A DNA stretch of 64,000 nt from Octopus sinensis (lineage: Eukaryota), in the NCBI RefSeq assembly GCF_006345805.1, contig NC_043003.1:3286001-3350000 (forward strand), in the 5' to 3' direction. Shown here one piece after another: positions 57,660 to 64,000 of the stretch (within the stretch, counting starts at the first letter, position 1; each line of letters opens with the position of its first letter). A program made the position numbers and the translations under genes. The notes under the pieces are model-generated. The model was not told the origin of the DNA. It ran no database searches and saw only the letters and a program-made list of their open reading frames with translations.

Positions 57660-58805
57660 TGCTCAACCTGTAGGAAAGGTACAGGTAGAAACTCCATAAG
57701 ATGCACCCAATGTAAGTTATGGACACATAAGAGGTGCAGCAACATTAAAGGGAAATTAACAGATAAGATAGCTTTCATGTGCGGCAGATGCACAGGGACA
57801 ATAGACACAACAGACACTCAGCAAACAGATTCCATCACACTCCAGGGAGAGAAACTAGAAGTAGTTGATAGTTTCTGCTACCTGGGTGACCAAGTTAGTA
57901 GCGAGGTGGATGCACAGAGAGTATCACCACTAGAATACGAATAGCCTGGGCAAAGTTCAGAAAGCTCCTACCCCTACTGGCAACAAAAGGTCTCTCCCTC
58001 AGAGCAAAAGGTAGATTGTATGATGCATGTGTGGAACTGCCATGCTTCACGGTAATGAAACATGGGCTGTGACTGCAGAAGACATGCGTAGACTTGAAAG
58101 AAATGAAGCTAGCATGATCCGCTGGATGTGTAGTGTCAGTGTGCACACAAGACAGAGTGTAAGCATCCTGAGAGAAATGCTGGATATAAGAAGCATCAGA
58201 TGTGGTGTGCAAGAGTGACGCTTGCGATGGTATGGTCATGTGCTGCGGATGGATGAAGAGAGATGTGTGAAGAAGTGCCACTCCCAAACAGTTGAAGGTA
58301 TCAGGGGGAGAGGTAGACCCAGGAAGACATGGGATGAGGTAGTCAAGCATGACCTCAGAGCATTGGGACTCACTGAGGCAATGGCGAAGGACCGAGATCT
58401 CTGGAGATATGCTGTGACTACAAAGACCCGGGCTGCTTTCTGCAGCAATTCCACATCCCCCTACCCATTCTAAGTACCCCGGATCCCCAAAGTACCCTGG
58501 ATCCCCAAGTACCCCGATCCCCAAAGTACCCTGGACCTCGTTGCCCCCGTGCCGCTGACACGTTAAAAGCTCGAACCGATCGTGACCGATGCCGGACCCT
58601 CCGGCCCCTGTGCAGGTGGCACGTAAAAAGCACCCAATCCACTCACGGAGTGGTTGGCGTTAGGAAGGGCATTCAGCCGTAGAAACTCTGCCAGATTCAG
58701 ACTGGAGCCTGGAGCGGCCCCTGGCTTCCCAGACCCGGTCGAACCGTCCAACCCGTGCTAGCGCGGAAAGCGGACGTTAAACGATGATGATGATGATGAT
58801 GATAT
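57660..58805 (+). mobile_element. RTE-clade LINE, 5'-truncated 3' portion: PHD finger, RT thumb, C-terminus, 3' UTR, (GAT)n
   Basis: CSTC..CTQC..H..C..CGRC; LEVVDSFCYLG; MLHGNETW; RWYGHVLRM; GRPRKTW. Frameshifts and stops; four ~18-bp AAGTACCCCGGATCCCCA repeats at ~58471-58535. Confidence 0.9.
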
Positions 58806-58814
58806 GCATATTTT

Positions 58815-59190
58815 ACTCTTATTTTTTTTGTGTTTTGACAGCAGCCATGCTGGGGCACTGCCTTTAGTCAACCAAATTGACCCTAGAACTTATTTTTGTC
58901 AGTCTAGTACTTATTCTGTCGGTCTCTTCTGCCAAACCGCTAAGTTAAGGGGATGTAGACACACCAACATCAACTGTCAATAGATGGTGTGGGGGACAAA
59001 CAGACACACACACACACATATATGTATATATATGACGGGCTTCTTTCAGTTTCCATCTACCAAATCCACTCACAAGGCTTTGGTCGGCCTGAGGCTATAG
59101 AAGAAGACTCTTGCCCAAGATTCTGCACAGCGTGACTGAACCCAGAACCATTTGGTTGGTAAGCAAGCTACTCACCACACAGCCACTCCT
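58815..59190 (-). mobile_element. CORE-type tRNA SINE abutting the LINE tail
   Basis: Reverse-complement full-length copy. Confidence 0.8.
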
Positions 59191-59777
59191 GCGCTACATA
59201 TTATATTATAGGTGTAAGCACGGCAGGATGGTTAAGCACTTCATTTCACAATCACATGTTTTCAGGTACAGCCTTACTGCATGGCACAAATATCTCTTGT
59301 AGTCCAGGGACAACTACTGGCTTACGAGTGAATTTCTTAGATGGAAACTGTATGGAATACCGTTGAGTGTGTATATATGAAAAAGCATGCATGGGAGAGT
59401 ATGTCATCTTTGTCATTCGCTGTTTGACAACTGGGGTTCGTTAGTGTCCACATGACTTAATCATTCAGCAAGAATAGATTGATACAGTAGATAGTGGGAC
59501 AAAGGAGATTGACTCAATACTCCTTTAGGCTGGTGCCCCAGTATGGCTGCCGTCCAATGATTGAAACCTGAGAAATAATAAATGAACAAAAAGGGGAGTA
59601 ATTTAAGTATAGAAGGGTGCCAACACCAATCGCTGAATCTTGCAATCCCCACAACACACACACACACACATATATATATATGCATGCACATATACACACA
59701 TCACATCTTCACCATTTCCTCTTATTCCTGTTCTGATATTCATATTCTAACCTCTCCTAGCAGAAAGCAATCACCCT

Positions 59778-61043
59778 GAATGCTACTTCCCACCAGCTCT
59801 GTTTCCTGAGTATCTGTGGTGTCTATTGCCCCTGTGCATCTGCAGCACACGAAAGCTAACTTCTCAGTTAATTTTCCTTTGATGTTGCTGCACCTCTTAT
59901 GTGTCCATAGCTTACACTGGGTACATCTTATGAAGTTTCTACCTACACCTTTTCTATAGATTGAGCAGGGCCACCTACCTGAAGGGGTGTGTGGTGAGTT
60001 TGCCTTCCTACTTACTAGAACTTTGGTCTTTGCTACGTTGACGCTAAGGCCTTTTGATTCTAAACCTTGCTTCCACACCAGAAATTTCTAATCCTAATAC
60101 TCATTGCTAATCCTAACCTTACTAACAGCCTCTCTGTAAAGGCCCTGTACAGCCCTTATTAACCATTCGTCAATCTCCAGTTTCCGCATCGCCCACCAGA
60201 TAAGGGATTGGGGGACCCTGTCAAAGGCTTTCTCCAAGTCCACAAAAGCTAAGTATAGGGGTTTATCGTTAGCTAGGTATTTCTCCAGCAGTTGTCGAAC
60301 CAGGAATATGGAATCAGTGGTGCTTCTACCTGGCACAAAACTGAACTGCATCTCATCTAAGCAGACTCCCTCCCTGATGAGATGGGCTATGACCTTCTCT
60401 GTGACCTTCATCATCTGATCCAGCAGTTTGATACCCCTGTAGTTATTCCTATCTAAAGCATCACCTTTACTCTTGAAGCAGTTGACTATGGTGCTGCTAC
60501 GCCAGTCATTGGGTATGACTCCATTATGAACTACCTGGTTTACAATGCGGGTGACTAGGCCATAGCCCACACCACCAGATGTTTTAAGCATCTCAGCAGT
60601 GATTCCTGATGGGCCGGGATCTTTTCCTGGTTTCATACCCTTAATTGCCTTAACTACTAGGGAGCTGTCTATTCGGATAGCTGGTCCCTCTACTGGGTCA
60701 ACATTTGGCAGGCTCTCCTCCTCCCATTCATTCTCCACATTCAGCAGTCTCTCATAATGGCTTCTCCAAGCCTCTTTCTTTTCAGAAACATTGAAAGCAA
60801 GTGCACCATCATCCATGCGGACGCATTTCTCTCCTGTGACATCACTATTTTCTCTCACACTGTCTTGCAATCCGAAATACCTCAGTTCTTTGGCCCGCAT
60901 GTCACTGGACATTGACAAACTTCTTTTCCGCTTCGCTCTTGGCTATGTATACCTGCCACCCAGCCTAATTTTTGGATACCTGGTACAGTTCCCTGCTACC
61001 CCAACCCTTCCAAGCTTTCCAGGCCTGTTTCTTTGCTCTAATA
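59778..61043 (-). mobile_element. RTE-clade LINE internal fragment (linker, RT N-half, catalytic-core deletion, PHD)
   Basis: PGPSGITAEML, NYRGIKLL, QFSFVPGRST, AFVDLEKAFDRV; the QG..LSP and YADD motifs are absent; then GLSVNVAKTKVL and the PHD finger. Confidence 0.9.
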
Positions 61044-61110
61044 CATATAAATATATATACATACATATATACATGTAAATATACATACCTATATATACAT
61101 ACATATATAC

Positions 61111-61177
<67 letters not shown>

Positions 61178-61192
61178 CATATACATACATAC

Positions 61193-61239
<47 letters not shown>

Positions 61240-61388
61240 CATACATTATATATACATACATACATAATATACATACATACAATATATACATACATACATA
61301 TACATACATACAATATATACATACATAATATACATACATACATATACATACATACATAATATACATACATATACATACATACATATAC

Positions 61389-61431
<43 letters not shown>

Positions 61432-61591
61432 CATACATATACATACATACTATATATACATACATACATATGTATGTATGTATATATATATATATATACA
61501 TACATACATATATATATACATACATACATATATATTATACATACATACATATGTATGTATGTATATATATATATACATACATACATATATA

Positions 61592-61627
<36 letters not shown>

Positions 61628-61707
61628 CATACATACATACCTATACATACATATACATACATACATATAATATACATACATACATACCCATACATACATA
61701 TATATAC

Positions 61708-61738
<31 letters not shown>

Positions 61739-61982
61739 CATACATACATACATATATATATACATACATACATATATATATACATACATACATATATATA
61801 TACATACATACATATATATATAATACATACATATATATATATACATACATACATACATATATATACATACATACATATATATATACATACATACATACAT
61901 ATATACATACATACATACATATATACATACATACATACATATATACATACATACATATATATATACATACATACATATATAT

Positions 61983-62015
<33 letters not shown>

Positions 62016-62018
62016 TAC

Positions 62019-62049
<31 letters not shown>

Positions 62050-62200
62050 CATATACATATATACATACCTATATATACATACGCACACATATATGTATGT
62101 ATATATGGATATATATGTACATATATATATATATTTATATATACACACATATATATCCATATATACATCTACATATATATATATATATGATGATGATGAT
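61044..62200. repeat. ~1.15-kb compound (TACA)n/(TA)n microsatellite ending in (GAT)n
   Basis: Almost entirely ATAC/ATAT units. Confidence 0.97.
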
Positions 62201-64000
62201 GACATTCACACACACACACGTATGTACACATCATCTATATCTATATATATGTGTGTGTGTGTGTATCATCTGAATGTGTCATTTGTAGGAGGATTACCTG
62301 CACTCATTGTCCCCCTTTCCATTCAACGTAGGAGAGAGATCTGCAAACAGCTCAGATAGTAAAGTTCTCCTATTTAGAAGGTGTTTATTTATATATCAGA
62401 CTGGAAATAGCAATAAAGGCCATTGCTCGAATAGAGAGAGAGAGAGAGAGAGAGAGAATGGGGAGAGGTGGAGAGATATGGAGGAAGGAGAGAGAGAATG
62501 GGGAGAGGTGGAGAGATATGGAGGAGGAAGGAGAGAGAGAACGTGAGCGAGAAGCGAGGGATTGGTGAAGAAACTAAGAAGGCTCACAGTCAATAGAATA
62601 CGTATGAACAGAGTGTGTGTGTGTGTGTGATAAGGTGGTCAAACTGGATAAACGAGTGTTGGAGTTAGAGAGTCCAGTATCTGTAGTGTCTGGCTTAAAC
62701 TGGTGTTACCTGGGAGATTAGTTCAGGTATGAAGTACCCAGCCTGTGTTACCTGGGAGATCTTAGTTCCGGTATAAAGATCTCATCACCAGGGAGATGGT
62801 TCACATGTCTGCTCTCTTGTTGTTGTTTTTTTCTTTTTTTAATCATTTTAGTCACTAGACAACGGTCATGCTGGGGCACTGCCTTGAAAACAAACTGACC
62901 TGCATACTTAGATGTATTTTTTTAAGTCTGGTAATAATCCTATTGATCTCTTTTGCCAAACTGCTAAGTTAAGGGAATGTAAACAAACTAACACCAGTTG
63001 ACAAGCAGTGGGGTAGGAGCAAACACAGACACACAAATGGGTTTCCATGGAGCTTCCATTTACCAAATTCACTCACAAGACTTTGCTTGGCCCAGGGCTA
63101 AAGCATGAGACACTTGCCGAAAGTGGGACTGAACCTGCAAACAGGCAGTTTCAAAGCCATTTTACTAACACCACAGTTTTCACTTCTTCAACTACAACAC
63201 ATTCAACAAATCACTGAATTTCCTTCCCTAAAGTCAGAGATTCCAATATGACTCTTGCCTTCATTCTTTTACTCTTGTCCTTGTTTCAGTCCTTTGACTG
63301 TGGCCATGCTGGGGCACCACACTGAAGAATTCTAGTCAAACAAATTGAGCCCCTAATACTTATGTTCTTTTTAAACCCTGATATTTATTCCATTGGTTTC
63401 TCTTGCCGACCTGCTAAGTTACAGGGACATAAACACACCAACACACACACATATATGTGTACATGACAGGCTTCTTTCAGTTTCCGTCCACCAAATTCAC
63501 TCACAAGGGTTTTGGTCGAGTGCCACACAGTGGAACTGAACCTAGAACAAAGTGGTTGACAAACACACTTCTCACCAAGGGCGTACAAATGAGACGAAAC
63601 CCTTACACATCATCACAATCATCAACATCACTACTGTTGACTGGACATAGTTGCTGGAAATAGCAGCCAAATTTTAAAAAATAACATCCTACTGTCTTAA
63701 ACCAAGAAACCCAAGATAACATAGCTGTAAATCAACCTAAAGTGATGGGATGGTCATGGCTGGAATATCTGATCCCGGATATGTTTGACATAGTATTTAG
63801 ATAAGGTGGTGGCAGTGATAGTGGAGGTGAGTCAGTGCAAATAACATACAGTGTATATTTGGGAAAGTGTGGTAGTAATAGTCATAGAGGACATTAGACA
63901 TATAGGTAGACACACAGACACATCATCATCATCATCATCGTCATCAGTTAATGTTCATTTTTCCTTGCTGGCATGGGTTGGACAGAATTTGTTGAGGCTG

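Noticed and set aside
60085-60125. TTAGG-like repeats as interstitial telomere
   Set aside because: Only two or three imperfect units, explained by LINE coding sequence and a deletion junction.
57660-61043. The two RTE fragments as halves of one twin-primed insertion
   Set aside because: The inverted piece lies beyond the 3' tail, and the overlapping PHD regions differ at roughly one base in seven, so they are independent copies.
60943-62359. Long MYVCIY / HTYIY ORFs
   Set aside because: Stop-free frames produced by a TACA/TA microsatellite.
62600-62800. DKVVKLDKRVLELESP coiled-coil-like stretch and duplicated GTGTTACCTGGGAGAT
   Set aside because: No start or splice context and no recognisable family; could be a LINE ORF1 scrap but unsupported.
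56900-64000. N-terminal ELOVL exons
   Set aside because: No segment encoding the expected W.LM..P / GP..M..R.PF / YN motifs with splice sites was found; probably beyond the window.

Overview
Eukaryotic, AT-rich and repeat-saturated DNA. It is most likely from an octopus or other coleoid cephalopod; this is an inference from the tandem single-exon poly-C2H2 zinc-finger genes, the tRNA-derived CORE-type SINEs and the abundant RTE-type (GAT)n tails. Host genes, all on the minus strand: a 20-finger C2H2 ZNF (4967-6808), a 14-finger C2H2 ZNF (23424-24692), and five exons of an ELOVL1/7-like fatty-acid elongase (56899 to 45975, perfect GT-AG sites and phase; N-terminal exons not seen in the window). 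The rest is TE debris: RTE, CR1, Penelope-like, Tx1/L1-like ORF1, mariner, piggyBac-type MITEs, several SINE families and microsatellites. Most notable observations: (1) a recurring Penelope-associated module of a tRNA-like Pol III head plus a minimal hammerhead ribozyme, and two further minimal hammerheads lying sense in ELOVL introns; (2) a ~41 x 68-bp array grown from an 11-bp microhomology inside a fully reconstructable Tx1-like ORF1 that may be an ORF1-only element; (3) an 85-nt, 32-bp-stem hairpin of pre-miRNA geometry; (4) a 5'-inverted RTE insertion with a twin-priming signature; (5) a C4HC3 PHD finger inside an RTE reverse transcriptase; (6) both ZNF genes end in a finger broken by a 2-nt frameshift, followed by decayed finger remnants. 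All family assignments come from motif recognition by eye; no database searches were run.
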